Below the pieces are notes generated by a model that searched no databases, had not been told where the DNA came from, and saw only the letters and a program-made list of their open reading frames with translations. Positions 50,520 through 62,661 of a stretch of 64,000 nucleotides of DNA are shown here, piece by piece. How positions within the stretch are numbered: the stretch's first letter is position 1; the number at the start of each line of letters is the position of its first letter. The position numbers and the translations under genes were made by a program. Source of the DNA: Octopus sinensis (lineage: Eukaryota); contig NC_043000.1 of NCBI RefSeq assembly GCF_006345805.1, forward strand, positions 134,230,001 to 134,294,000, read 5' to 3'.

Positions 50520-51230
50520 AGATAGTACAGTTCTCAGAATATGCAAGGACAGAGTAAGGCTGAAGAAGGTGGAAGGGGTGAACAGAAGATGAAAAAAAAG
50601 TAGTTGGATGTGTTTTTGGAAAGGAATTAAAAACACTTTCTGCTAATGACCTCAAAAGACAAATTTCAAGGGAAGGAAGAAGTAAATGTAGTTGGGTGTA
50701 TAACTTGAGTTCAATGGACACAGATAGCAACGGTTGTGTGTGTGCATGCGCGCAAATTACGAAAATTATCATATAGGCCCACAGGTAAAGATGAATGTGC
50801 CCAATAGACAAGGTACATTTTATATTCTTTATTTATTTTCTATTGGTTTATACTGGAGGAAGGAGCCATGTCTATGACTTTCAGAGGCTCTCAGGGACTA
50901 GTGATATTAATACTATTAGCATTCTTCAAGTTAAGGGCTGCAGGAAAAGTATGTACATGGTGAGAATTCTGGAGGACTATCATTCTGGGGAGAGAAGACG
51001 AGACGTAAGGTCTGAAGTTGAATACAATAAGGGTATTAAGCGGAGATGAGGGAAGTGAGTAAGTGATGTCTGGGTGAAGGTGGTATGAGACTAGCCAGAT
51101 CCAAGAAGTAGAAACTACTGTGGTAGTTATTAAAACAGCAGAGAGGAGACAACATAACAGTGGGCCAGAATTTGGAGTCTGTTTTGTTAGTGACTTCATG
51201 CTAAGCAGCTTTTCTTCAGATACAGCACAT
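50520..51230 (-). mobile_element. Decayed CR1/L2-like LINE pieces (endonuclease-like part and 3' end)
   Basis: Purine-rich on the plus strand. Minus-strand peptides LHPDITYSLPSSPLNTL..FRPY and SVFNSFP weakly resemble APE and C-terminal segments. Confidence 0.35.
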
Positions 51231-51267
51231 TGGGTATGTTTGTGTGCATGTAGCATTACTCTATTAC

Positions 51268-51633
51268 TCTTTTACTTGTTTCAGTCATTTGACTGCGGCC
51301 ATGCTGGAGCACCGCCTTTAGTCGAGCAAATCGACCCCGGGACTTATTCTTTTGTAAGCCCAGTACTTATTCTATCGGTCTATTTTGCCAAACCGCTAAG
51401 TAACGGGGACATAAACACACCAGCATCGGTTGTCAAGTGATGTTGGGGGGGAGGAACAAATACAGATACACAAACACACACACGCATATATATATATATA
51501 CACACATACATATATACGACGGGCTTCTTTCAGTTTCCGTCTACCAAATCCACTCACAAGGCTTTGGTCGGCCCGAGGCTATAGTAGAAGACACTTGCCC
51601 AAGGTGCCACGCAGTGGGACTAAACCACACAGC
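51268..51633 (-). mobile_element. Young family B1 SINE (5'-truncated head)
   Basis: Near-identical to the 9354 copy, with CpGs retained. Confidence 0.85.
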
Positions 51634-52433
51634 CACTTCTGCGCCTTTATTGAAACAAATTTCCTGGATGTCTAGCTAAAAGCAAATGGACTGCGCTATC
51701 ATGGTGAAGTGCATCCCTGCAAATATCTGAAGTCATGCAAACTCATCAAAATCACTAAAAAAAAGTTCTCCCCCCCCCCTTTTTTTTCCTTTTTCTTTTA
51801 GACATTTTTATTTTGTTTGCTACCAATATGTTGCTAACTCAGACTTCAATTCAGTTAACATCACAGCTTAATTCTGGAAACAGTATTTTACCATTCAGCA
51901 ATTTTCCAATGAAAAACAAATTTAACAATAAAGGTGGGAGGGTAGAGAAAAATCTAGTAAAGTAGTAGAGATATTTAAAAAAAATTTATTTGTACTATCT
52001 CTCTCTCTCTCTCATTTTTTTTTCCATGGAAGAAATCATTTCAATTTGAGCTAATATTTTAGGATCATTGCAACATGCCTGTAACATTTAGTTAAAAATC
52101 AATAGTCATAAAATAAAAAAAGACATATATAGGCTGAAATAAAACCGATTCTATTTTGGAAACAAAATCTAACAGCAAGATATAATAGTAATTTGCTTCT
52201 ATTTATGATAAGTATGAGTATTATGGTTTTCATTACTATCATTGTTATCAGAATAGCTGCATTGGCAGAAACGGGTGGAGCAGCCAACAGACACAAATGC
52301 TTTGTAGTCTTTAGTCATATCGTGCAATATTGTGAATCTGAATCCTGCCAAAATCAACTCAGCTTTATATTCTTCTACAATCTATAAAGTACCAGTCACT
52401 TAAATGATTCTGCTACTCCGTCCTTTTAATTTT

Positions 52434-52467
<34 letters not shown>

Positions 52468-52477
52468 AATTGAAATC

Positions 52478-52921
52478 AAACTCGGTGACTTGCATCCATT
52501 GCTAGTGGAGCGCTAAGAGTACCATACGAGTGAGATCGTTACCAGAGCAACAAGCTAGCCTTCGTGCTGATGGCACGTTAAAAACACCATTCAAGCATGA
52601 TTGTTACCTGCTTCGCCTTACTAGCACTTGTGCTGGGGGCATGTGAAAAAACATTCGAGCGAGGTCGTTGCCAGTGCCACTGGACTGGCTCCTGTGCAGG
52701 TGGCACATAAAAAGCACCATTTGAGTGTGGCTGTTGCTAGTACCACCTAACTGGTCCTCATGCCGGTGGCACATAAAAGCACCCACTACACTCTCGGGGT
52801 GGTTGGCGTTAGGAAGGGCATCCAGCTGTAGAAACTCTGCCAGATCAGATTGGAGTTTGGTTCACCAGACATCAGTCAAATCATCCAACTCATGCTAGCA
52901 TGGAAAGCAGACATTAAACGA

Positions 52922-52925
<4 letters not shown>
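52478..52925 (+). mobile_element. Family C element with four repeat cores
   Basis: GTGC.G.TGGCAC[GA]T.AAAA.CACC-like cores at about 52565, 52630, 52695 and 52760. The tail ACATTAAACGATG runs into (AAT)n. Confidence 0.75.
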
Positions 52926-52953
<28 letters not shown>

Positions 52954-53300
52954 CAGACATTATGATCAAGGGCTATAACAGAGGAACTTGTCTGTTAATA
53001 GACATGTCTCTCCGACAGGATCAAAATGTCTCAAGAAAAGAATATGAAATACGATAATACCAGTAGTAATTGGTGCATAGGGAATGGTAAAGAAGGGAGC
53101 TGAGAAGTATATTAAGCAACTCCCTGGTAACTCCAATCTCTATGAACTACAAAATATAACCTTGATGGGTACAGCCCAGGTACTACGGAAAGGACTCTCC
53201 ATCTAAAATGGAATAAATGTGGTGATAATTTTAGCATGCATAGCTACTGTTGGCCTCCGGAGGATGCCCAGTACTAAGGTAACTGAAATAAAGTTATTAT
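52925..53300 (+). mobile_element. Third R4/Dong-type 3' end, with internal deletion
   Basis: After (AAT)n: SDIMIKGYNRGTCLLIDMSLRQDQNVSRKEYE // TIIPVVIGA*GMVKKGAEKYIKQLPGNSNLYELQNITLMGTAQVLRKGLSI* (stop at 53204-53206). Includes the PD..D-like REL catalytic segment. Confidence 0.8.
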
Positions 53301-53429
53301 TATTATTGTTATCTTTTTTTTCGTCTTCTTTCAAATTTGCTTCCATTTCTTGCCGAGTGTCTTCCCAACTCCTAGGGCAAAGAAACTCATAGTACACATT
53401 GGTAGGCCATTAAACTAAACTCACTATTA

Positions 53430-53891
53430 TTATTATTATGGTTTCAAATTTTAGCACAAGGCCAGCAATTTCAGGGGAGGGACTAAGTCAATTACAGTGA
53501 TTCCAGTGATCAACTGGTACTTATTTTATTGACCCCACCAAAAGGATGAAAGGCAAAGTTGACCTCAACGGAATTTGAACTCAGAATGTGAAGATGAACA
53601 AAAATGCTGCTAAGCATTTCACGCGGCATGCTAACAATTCTGCCACCTTGCTGCCTGAATAATATTAATGATGATGAGGAGGGTAATTATGATGGTTATG
53701 ATAGTCTCCAGTTTAGGCACTAGGGCAAGAATATTTAAAGAGGAAGGGAGATAGTCAATACCCTCAGCCCCCCATACTAGATTGGTTCTTTATTTCACTA
53801 CCCCTGGAGGGATGCAAGGCAAAATTGTCTTTGGTGGGGTTTGTACTTAGAGCATAAAAACCTGGATTAAATACCACAAGGCATTTTGTCC

Positions 53892-53933
<42 letters not shown>

Positions 53934-54090
53934 GTTTCTGATTTAGGTACAAGGCCAATAATTTTGAGGGGAAGGGTATTTCACTACCATTAACCTCAGT
54001 ACTTGACTGGTACTTTATTTTAATGGCACCAAAAAAGATGAAAGGCAAAGATGACCTCAGCAAGATTTGAACTTAGAACATAAAGAAGTA
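53430..54090 (-). mobile_element. Cluster of three degenerate family A2 SINEs
   Basis: Repeated [CT]ACAAGGCC/GGGCAAG tails and GAAAGGCAAAG[TA]TGACCTC blocks, separated by (AAT)n. Confidence 0.65.
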
Positions 54091-56694
54091 GAACAAATAT
54101 CACCAAGAATTTATTTTGACATTCTAGGGTACTTATTGGTATCTAGACTCTCATTTGTATTGGCACTTATCAAGTATCAATGCATGAAAGTCTCTGGTCT
54201 TCAGTCACTTTGTAACTTCAGCCAATTCTCTTTGATATATATTTGCAGGCTCTCTTTCCTTATGAGAGAACAGCGAATTAAAATAAAACAAATAACTCTA
54301 CTGACACAGTAAACAAGGGCTTTTTCACAAATAGTGAAGCTACAACCCGCAGATGTGAAAAATGTTACTGAGAATATGGTGTCACTTTTAATCTTTCATA
54401 TTTCTAATGTAATATAATGTTGTTATTTACTTTATTAACTTCTAATTAATAAATGATTAGGTCATCACAGATACTCTTTGATTTTGGAGTTCAAAAGTTT
54501 AGCAGTCTACACACTCCAAGTTAGTCTGCTGCTTCAAAGTTCAAAACATTTATGCAGTATTACCATAATGGACTAAATGAAATGGGAAAAGTAACATTAT
54601 AAAGTACAGTCTCATTAAGTAGCAATTTGAGAGTTAAATATATTGCAGCAAAATATCATAAGCAATCCACTAATGGCAAAGAGTAGTGTTCTTGAAATAT
54701 GAAAGAAATCAAATGTTTTTTTAAAATAACTATGTCTTTTCTTGCGAAGACATGTTACTGGGTCTCAGAAATTGTGCATAGTTGGAAGCTCCTACATAAA
54801 AGAAATTAATTGTAAGTATTCTAAAAAATGAAGCCAAGTAGTCATGGATAAATGTTATAGATTTTTAATTTCATAAAACCACCTAATTAAATGAAAGAGC
54901 AAAAAAAAATAAAATCGTTTGCTATCATATGACAAAAATGATTTTCTAGCAATGTTCAAAAAGGCTAAATGTCTCCTCTAATTGACTCATGAACAAGATA
55001 GATAACACAAATCATTAAAAAGTATAAATAAATATAGATGGAGATTGTTAGATAATACAAAACCAAGTTGTAGAACAAAACCAAAGAATCAACTTAGGAA
55101 AGATATAATCCATATAGAAGATATATCAAAAGGCTTCATTGATGCAAATATAAATTAGACTCATTGAAAATAGAACAAAAAGAAATAGGAACAAAATTAA
55201 ATGAACTTTTAACATGTCTTTTATACTTTACTTACAACAAATGAAGACATTTTCAAGTTTATGTTGAAATGAATTACATTATCCTCATAAACTTTGACTG
55301 ATAGAGCAAATAGACATATCATTCTCAAATTTCTAGTAAATGTATATTATCATATCTATTTTATAACAATATTATATAATTGGCAGCCAAAATAGTATTA
55401 TATTAAAAGATAGTCACTGGTTCTTCTGTAATTAAATATTTCTTAATTTTGCTCTGCATCAGCAAAAGTTCTATTTACATTGTATCTTTATATTTGAAAT
55501 AAGAATGAAAATGATTCCCAGAATACGATCAATATTGACAATGTGAAGATGAGATGCTGGATTTGTAACTCCTAAATTGGTTGTTTGTATGCCACTGCAG
55601 ATGTTATGTTGCTCACCAAGGCAAGAAACACAGTAGCACTTCCCTATTGCTTTATACCTGATGAAAAAAATCATAGTTGACATTTTTTTCTCATGACAAT
55701 TGCAAAAAGTTAGATATATTATTCCATTAAGTATCACATTACTTCATCTCTGTTTTATATTAAATTTGTTTTCCTAAAGAAAAAGATCAACAGTTCCCTG
55801 TTGGTCTTTTTGTTAAGATGAATCAAATGTGTACAAATCAGTTCTTGCCATCTCTTCTATTTTAAGTAAAATATATTAACTTGACATTCAAATTATTAGA
55901 AAAAATAAGAATATGAAGCAAATACTATTCCGTTTAATTCCAAAGAAATATAGTAATTTTATAGTAACTATCGGAAGCAAATGATAAAGTTATTAGAAAT
56001 ATCAAAACTAAGAACATAAAGTAGAAACCCAATTTTTTACAACAAAAGTAGGTCTGATTATTTTCAAAAATAATACTCATTTTTTTTTTTTTTTAAATTC
56101 AATAAATGAAAAATAAATCAAGATAAAAAGAGACAAAAAAACACAATTGCAACTAATGAGAAAAGGATGTTGAAGATTGACCCAGAGATATATAACAATT
56201 GATGGTCTATTTTTAGAGCTAATTCCAGTTATAAGGCAATAGCTTGAAAGAAATAACCAAAACTGTTTGATTAATCAATGATTTCAGCTTTAACTCATTC
56301 ACTGTTATATTACCTACAGCTGAAATTCTAGAAGACTCTAAATCTTAATTCAATATGATATGTTAATGAAACCATAAAGCAACTTAGTCTAGAAATAACC
56401 ATAACTCTGCCAAAAATAGAAACTGTTTTTAATTACGACTCCGGGAATTTATTTTTAACGAGCAATATTCCCACACTCACACAATATATATATAGATTTC
56501 TCTCAAATTCTATTTGGTGCATAATATAAATAAAATTTTTGCTGCCAATTGTAAAACACCCATGAGAATAATGGGTACAGAGTGGTTAATGTGTGCAATG
56601 AAAAATTCAGAAAGATTACTTACATGTCATATGTTAAGTGAAGAAAAAAGATCCCCTAAATGGATTACCATATAGTAAAAAAGATAAAAATTGC

Positions 56695-57075
56695 AGCCTG
56701 GTTGTGTGTGGTAAAAAAACTTACTTCATACCACACAGCCAGGCGACAAATAGTTCCAGGTTCAGTCCCACTGCATAGCATCTTGGGCAAATATCTTCTG
56801 CTATAAACCCCAGGATGACCAAACCTTCTGGGTGAATCTGATGGATAGTAACTGAAAGAAGCTGCATGCATGCATGCATGTGTGTGTATGTGCATGCATG
56901 TGTGTGTGTCTTTGTGTTTATCAACCACCACTACTTAACAACCAATGTTGTTGTTTTTTTTGTTACACCTCTGTAACTTAGTGGTTCAGCAATAGAGCTG
57001 ATAGAATAAGTACCAGGTTTAAAAATAATTCTTTGCCCCAGCATGGCCACATGTCCAATAAAACCATAGAAAAGA
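56695..57075 (+). mobile_element. Degenerate family B1 SINE
   Basis: GGTTCAGTCCCACTGCATAGCATCTTGGGCAAAT head/CORE block and CCCCAGCATGGCCAC tail. Confidence 0.65.
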
Positions 57076-57680
57076 TTTGATTTGAAAATCACTGAGGATT
57101 CAATCAACCAGGTCCCATAAGTTATACTGACTCTTTCTCTCTCACTTTTTGTGTTTGCATAGAGCAGTGTTACAAGAAGATGAACATATTGTATCACATA
57201 TTTCTAATGGTGTCATTACCTTAAATATAAAAATGATAACACTTAAATAAATGTCAATATCTGGGATACTATCCTACAGCCGGAAATTCTTTTATGAATT
57301 GTTTTATATAAATTATAGAAGGAAAACACCCAACAGAACGGAAACCAAAATACTTCCACAACTAAATTAGATGTAGCTTATATATTTTGTCTTTATTCCA
57401 TCTGTGATTTTTCTCACATAGTAAATAGTTACACAGAAAGAATTATTACTTACACTAAAGGTGCAAATGTAGCGGTGAAGTTTACATGATACTGATGTAG
57501 CTTTGAGTTTTATCCTGCTGCACAGCAACTCAAGCAAGTGTCTTTCACCATAGATTTGGCTTGACTAAAACTTTGAGTAAAATTTGGTTGACAGAAATAC
57601 GTACACATGTGTGCATGCAAGCATGTGTATGTGAGAGATTAACAGCAGGACATGTTAGAATCAGTGCATTGAAAATACCT

Positions 57681-57912
57681 ATTTCTTTATTACCCACAAG
57701 GGGCTAAACATAGATGGGACAAACAAGGACAGACATAGGTATTAAGTCGATTCCATCGACCCTAGTGCGTAACTGGTACTTAATTTATCGACCCCGAAAC
57801 GATGAAAGGCAAAGTCAACCTCGGCGGAATTTGAACTCACAGCGTAACGACAGACGAAATACGGCTACGCATTTCGCCCGGCGTGCTAACGTTTCTGCCA
57901 GCTCGTCGCCTT
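57681..57912 (-). mobile_element. Young family A SINE with 14-bp TSD
   Basis: CATTGAAAATACCT at 57667-57680 and 57913-57926. Confidence 0.9.
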
Positions 57913-60390
57913 CATTGAAAATACCTTGTGGTATTTATATTTGCCCCCATTGGAACTTACAGCATGTCTGTGAAATATCCAAGAAGCACAGCTGTCATTT
58001 ACCAAATTTGGCAAACCAAGTTCTAACAGTAAATTCCCAAACTGATAAAATCAGGAAATGAACCTCATCTACAGAACACTATAAAAAATAAAAAAAAGCA
58101 GAGTTGCAACATTTTTATGATAGGGTGGTTAAGAGCCAAATAAAGACCTCATTATTAACTGAACTATGTTTTCAATTCTACACTCTATCAAGTATATGTT
58201 TGGGAGAACTTGGCCAAATGCGTGAGAATGATCCATTTTAGACCAGATTTGGCTCTTATGTATAAGTGTTTCCTGTGGCAGTAAAAAAAAAGAAAGATAA
58301 AAGAGAAATTGTAAACAATACAGAAAACCCTTTTTTTTTTTATTCCTCTAATTCTTTTACAGGGTTCAGTCATTCAACTCTAGTCATACTGGGCATACCT
58401 TTAGGAGTTTAGTCAATTATATTGACCTTAGTACTTTGTCTAGTACTTATTTTATCAACCACATAAGGTAGATCAAACAAAACTCACACAAACACACGGT
58501 TTCCTTCAACTAAATTTCACATACAAGACTTTCATCAAAACATTTCCTTAAAATGCCACAGTGGTAGTCACCCCACTGGACCTTATAATCACGAAGTAAG
58601 GTTTTTCACCGCACTACCATATTTGCCACCAAATTTAGTATTGAAAGATATTTTCATAACACACATATTTAGTATTTAAAGATATTTCCATAACACACAC
58701 ACAAACATGTGCACGCGTGTGCAGAACATAATTAAGGGAGATTTGTAAAGAAATTTATGGGTTTAGCCATAACAGAGAATTTTCATAAAAATTGAAGGGA
58801 GGTTAAAAATTGATAGAAACTTAAGTAGGTATGAATTTTGGGAAGGAAATGTAATTTCCTGGATGTGACTCAAGTAATGTCAAGTGCCATAATAATTGGC
58901 CATTAACTTGAAGTTATAGAATTTATCTTTTTGAGCAAATATATTTCTTCTCTCAAGTGTAATTTTTTTTTATATTAATCTTTTATAAACTGAACTTTGG
59001 ATCATCCTATTTATTGCACCAGGCTTCAGTACACCAATATAAAATTACACTCATAAACTATAACGATATCTGAAAAGATAATCATGAGACTTAAAATAAA
59101 TGAACAATATGATAAACAGACAGACGTGTGTGTGTCTGTGTGCTTGCATGTGTGTGTCTGTGTATGTGCACGTGTGCTGAAACCGTTACAAATTATGCTT
59201 TGTCCAATAAAGTAGTATTAATTTAGATTCTTTTGTAGTACATTCCCATATGAATAAGCTAAATTCCCGTATGAACAAGTCAAATTGTTATCACAAATCT
59301 TTCTATCTCTTTCTCTCACACACAGGTGCACACGAATGCATATGTATTTGCAAAGCAGTAGATCTTTCATGCTGGTTTAATTGAGAAAAAAAAATAATAA
59401 ACAAGGATTATCAGCTTAAAAACATTTAGAAAGTTTACAAGCTTAATACATACTGAAATACAGCCCAAGTTTAGAAGATGGAATTCAGTACGTAGCAAGA
59501 AGAAAAAAAACTTGTAAAAAATGCTTGTATATTGCAAAGGAAAAATCTGAAATAAAGGAGACACATGGTAAAAATGAAGAGTTGAGAAGTATTGTGAAGT
59601 TTAATTGGGAGGGAGGGCAAATAAGAGATTTAGTCAGTGTGAGATAGCTGGAATTGACAGAGATGCAAACAATGTCTGATAGAAGTGATTGAGTAAATAT
59701 AATTCATCCAAGCATGAAGACATACAAATGAGAGTGATGATGGTACATATAAATAAATGTATAAACTGTATTATAAATAATTGAGCTCGCACAAGGCATA
59801 ATATTTACATAGAACCCATAGAGCCCCACTTTCGCTGAAAGAGTTTGATGGGTTGTTATGGAACTATCTGAAGCGTATTACCCTAAGTATTACTTGAAAA
59901 GTGTCCCCTTCCCTGCCTTCACGAAAATATCAAATGACAGAAGTGTTTTTAGTTTGTCTGCAGTTGGCCTTGGTCTATCTTTCATCTGTAAACTACTTCA
60001 CTGCTTAAGTGACATTTACCCAAAAACATTTCCATTGATCACAAATTATCTGCCCCACATTCCCTTATCTTAGACTAACTTTCCTTCAAGTTAAAACATT
60101 TAATAGAGATGGTTTGACAACGTTGAAGGAAACAAATTACACTTATGTCATATCATATAAATAAATACACACAGAGAAAATAGGAAAAGGACAGCATGAA
60201 AGAAACTGATCTGAAATTTAGGTCTTCCAGTATCATTTGCATGATGTTCATACTCTTTTTCTCTTCTCACTAGTTTAACCTTTATTATTTTGAAATAATT
60301 TTTTATATCATTTAAAATTAAGGAGATTTTGATGATGTCAGAAAAGGATCCAAGCATAAAGCTGTATGTTGCTATATATATATATAACTT

Positions 60391-60504
60391 ATAAGCAAGG
60401 TCAAAAGAAAAATTATTTCTATGCCTATATGCTGAGAACAGACTTTAAATCGTCTGTTCTCAGCATATTGGCATAGAAATAATTTTTCTTTTGCCCTTGT
60501 TTAT
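60391..60504. repeat. Near-perfect long inverted repeat (hairpin)
   Basis: 53-bp arms at 60391-60443 and 60452-60504 with 3 mismatches, and an 8-nt loop TTTAAATC. Confidence 0.9.
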
Positions 60505-60899
60505 AATTTTAACCTTTAAAGGTATTTTAATATGCTGCCACTTTTGAGAAAACAATTTTTCTGAAAAAAATTTTATCCTATAGTATATATATATATATAT
60601 ACACACAGGTTATATACATATTTATATACATACACACACATAACTATATAAACTAGTGGGGGGTGCATAGATAGCATTTTTCAGGCATATATGAGAGTAA
60701 TACATTAAATATGTTCCTGAAACTATAGATGTTTCGGCAACAAACAGGCTATAATATAACACAATGGAAGTTTGAATCAACAAATATAACGATATGAGGT
60801 AGCAAGAATTAAAATCCTTGATTATAGATTGACAATCACTTGAAATAATTAAGAGCAATGTTAGAATTAGTAAAAAACTAGAAATTTTTTCAGTAATCT

Positions 60900-61105
60900 A
60901 CATCATCAAAACCATTTCAACATCCACTTTTCTATGCTTACATGGGTCAGATGAAATTTGTTGGCACAGGTTTCTATGGACAGATGCCTTTCTCGTCACC
61001 AGCATTACACCTGTTTCCAAGCAAGGTAAATATTTCCCTTGCTTTCAAACAGATTTTCACTAAAAATTTAGAAACAAACACCGCCACTAGTGTGATATTT
61101 GAGAT
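60900..61105 (-). mobile_element. Family B2 tail fragment
   Basis: CATCATC..ACATCCACTTTTC..ACACCTGTTTCCAAGCAAGGTAAATATTTCCC. Confidence 0.6.
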
Positions 61106-62356
61106 GAATTCTTGTAAAGTAGTTTTACACTTGGATATTCTTATTTAACTCGAAAATTTGAGAAAACAGTGAGTCCCAAAGAGACTCATAATACAGTAAC
61201 AGTAGAATGATTTAGGTTTATGACATTACGGCCAATAACTTGGCATCTTAACCTTAGTCATCTTTATCTCATCCCAGTTATTCTGCCTTGCAATTTAAAT
61301 AGATTAAAGCAAGCTACCGTTCTAATCATCTAATAATTGCGTAATATGCAACACAGTTATGTGGATGAAATGAGAATTTGCTAAATTCCAAGAACGCTCA
61401 AGCTAGAAGTGTACAACATGCTAGTATTGATTTTCTGTGTGCTTAATGATCACATAAATATATAACCAAATTATTTGCGCATGCTAAATCCCAGCAATAC
61501 AAGGAGTCTTTAACAAAGTAGATTATTTCATAGTCAGGAAGGAATATTTTTTTTTCTTGTATCTTCAATTAAGGGATCATTCGGTATAAAATGTTCAAAT
61601 CCCAGAAAATAATTAATCTCATTTTTATGCTACTATGAGCAAAAATTAAAGAATAACAATAAATTAAATACATTTTAAAGATTTAATACTTGAAAGGGAA
61701 AAAAAACTAGATGATTTTAACATTCATAAATGCCAGGTTGTGCAATGAAGGCACACAGAGAAAAATCGTCCAAAAGACAAAGTGACTGGAATTGGTTAAC
61801 ATTAATGATCAATAGTAATACTTGTCTTTTTTCCTTCTTCTCTGCTCTTTTCATTGAAGACAATGTCCCAAAAAGTGCAGTTATATAGGAAAATTTAAAA
61901 GCAGAATATGCAGCTTTATCACAAATAATCACTAGTAAGATACTAATATTTTTCTGTTCCCAATTAAAAACTCTCGGAAACAGTGCCCAGCAATGACTGC
62001 AGTCCAATGACTGAGAACATTAACCTAATAAAAAAATTTTTAAATTAGATAAATATCATATAGATATTTATCATGATATTTATCATTAGATAAATATCAA
62101 ATGGCGGTGCCCCAGCATGGCCACAGCTCATGAGCTGAAACTAGAATCAATCAATCATATAGATATTATCTTCAATGTCTATATTTAATTAAAATTATAA
62201 TGGTCATATAGGTATTTTAAAGCATGTTCAATATGAAAAGTGATATTACATAAATTCCTGAAACATTTTCTTATATATTATTATCATCATTTTAATGCCC
62301 ACTTTTCCATATTAATGGCCTTATTTATCATCTATATTCCATACCATCATGGGTTA

Positions 62357-62422
<66 letters not shown>

Positions 62423-62573
62423 TGAAGTGATGACAGATTTTATATATTAAGAAAAAGGAGGTAGTCAGGATTTGGATAAAAACTATTTATTTAGCACTTT
62501 CATCCCTTTTAGGGAGTCATTATGACTGAATAGTTTTTAGCCAAATCCTGACTTCCTCCTCTTTCTTTATATA

Positions 62574-62656
<83 letters not shown>
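62357..62656. repeat. Two long (AT)n microsatellites
   Basis: About 62357-62419 and 62586-62656. Similar tracts occur at about 6330, 36830, 37130 and 49010; (GA)n at about 29970 and (CT)n at about 45556. Confidence 0.95.

Positions 62657-62661
<5 letters not shown>

Noticed and set aside
8725-55670. Hammerhead ribozyme cores (CTGA.GA ... GAAA) near repeats
   Set aside because: Isolated CTGATGA or CTGACGA hits (about 8853, 23947, 55658) lack a properly placed GAAA and flanking stems by eye.
865-62425. Most ORF-track entries (CVCVCV, IYIYIY, ERERER, HTHTHT and recurring PRCHAVGLN or RNWYLIYRPR peptides)
   Set aside because: They are translations of microsatellites and SINE copies, not genes.
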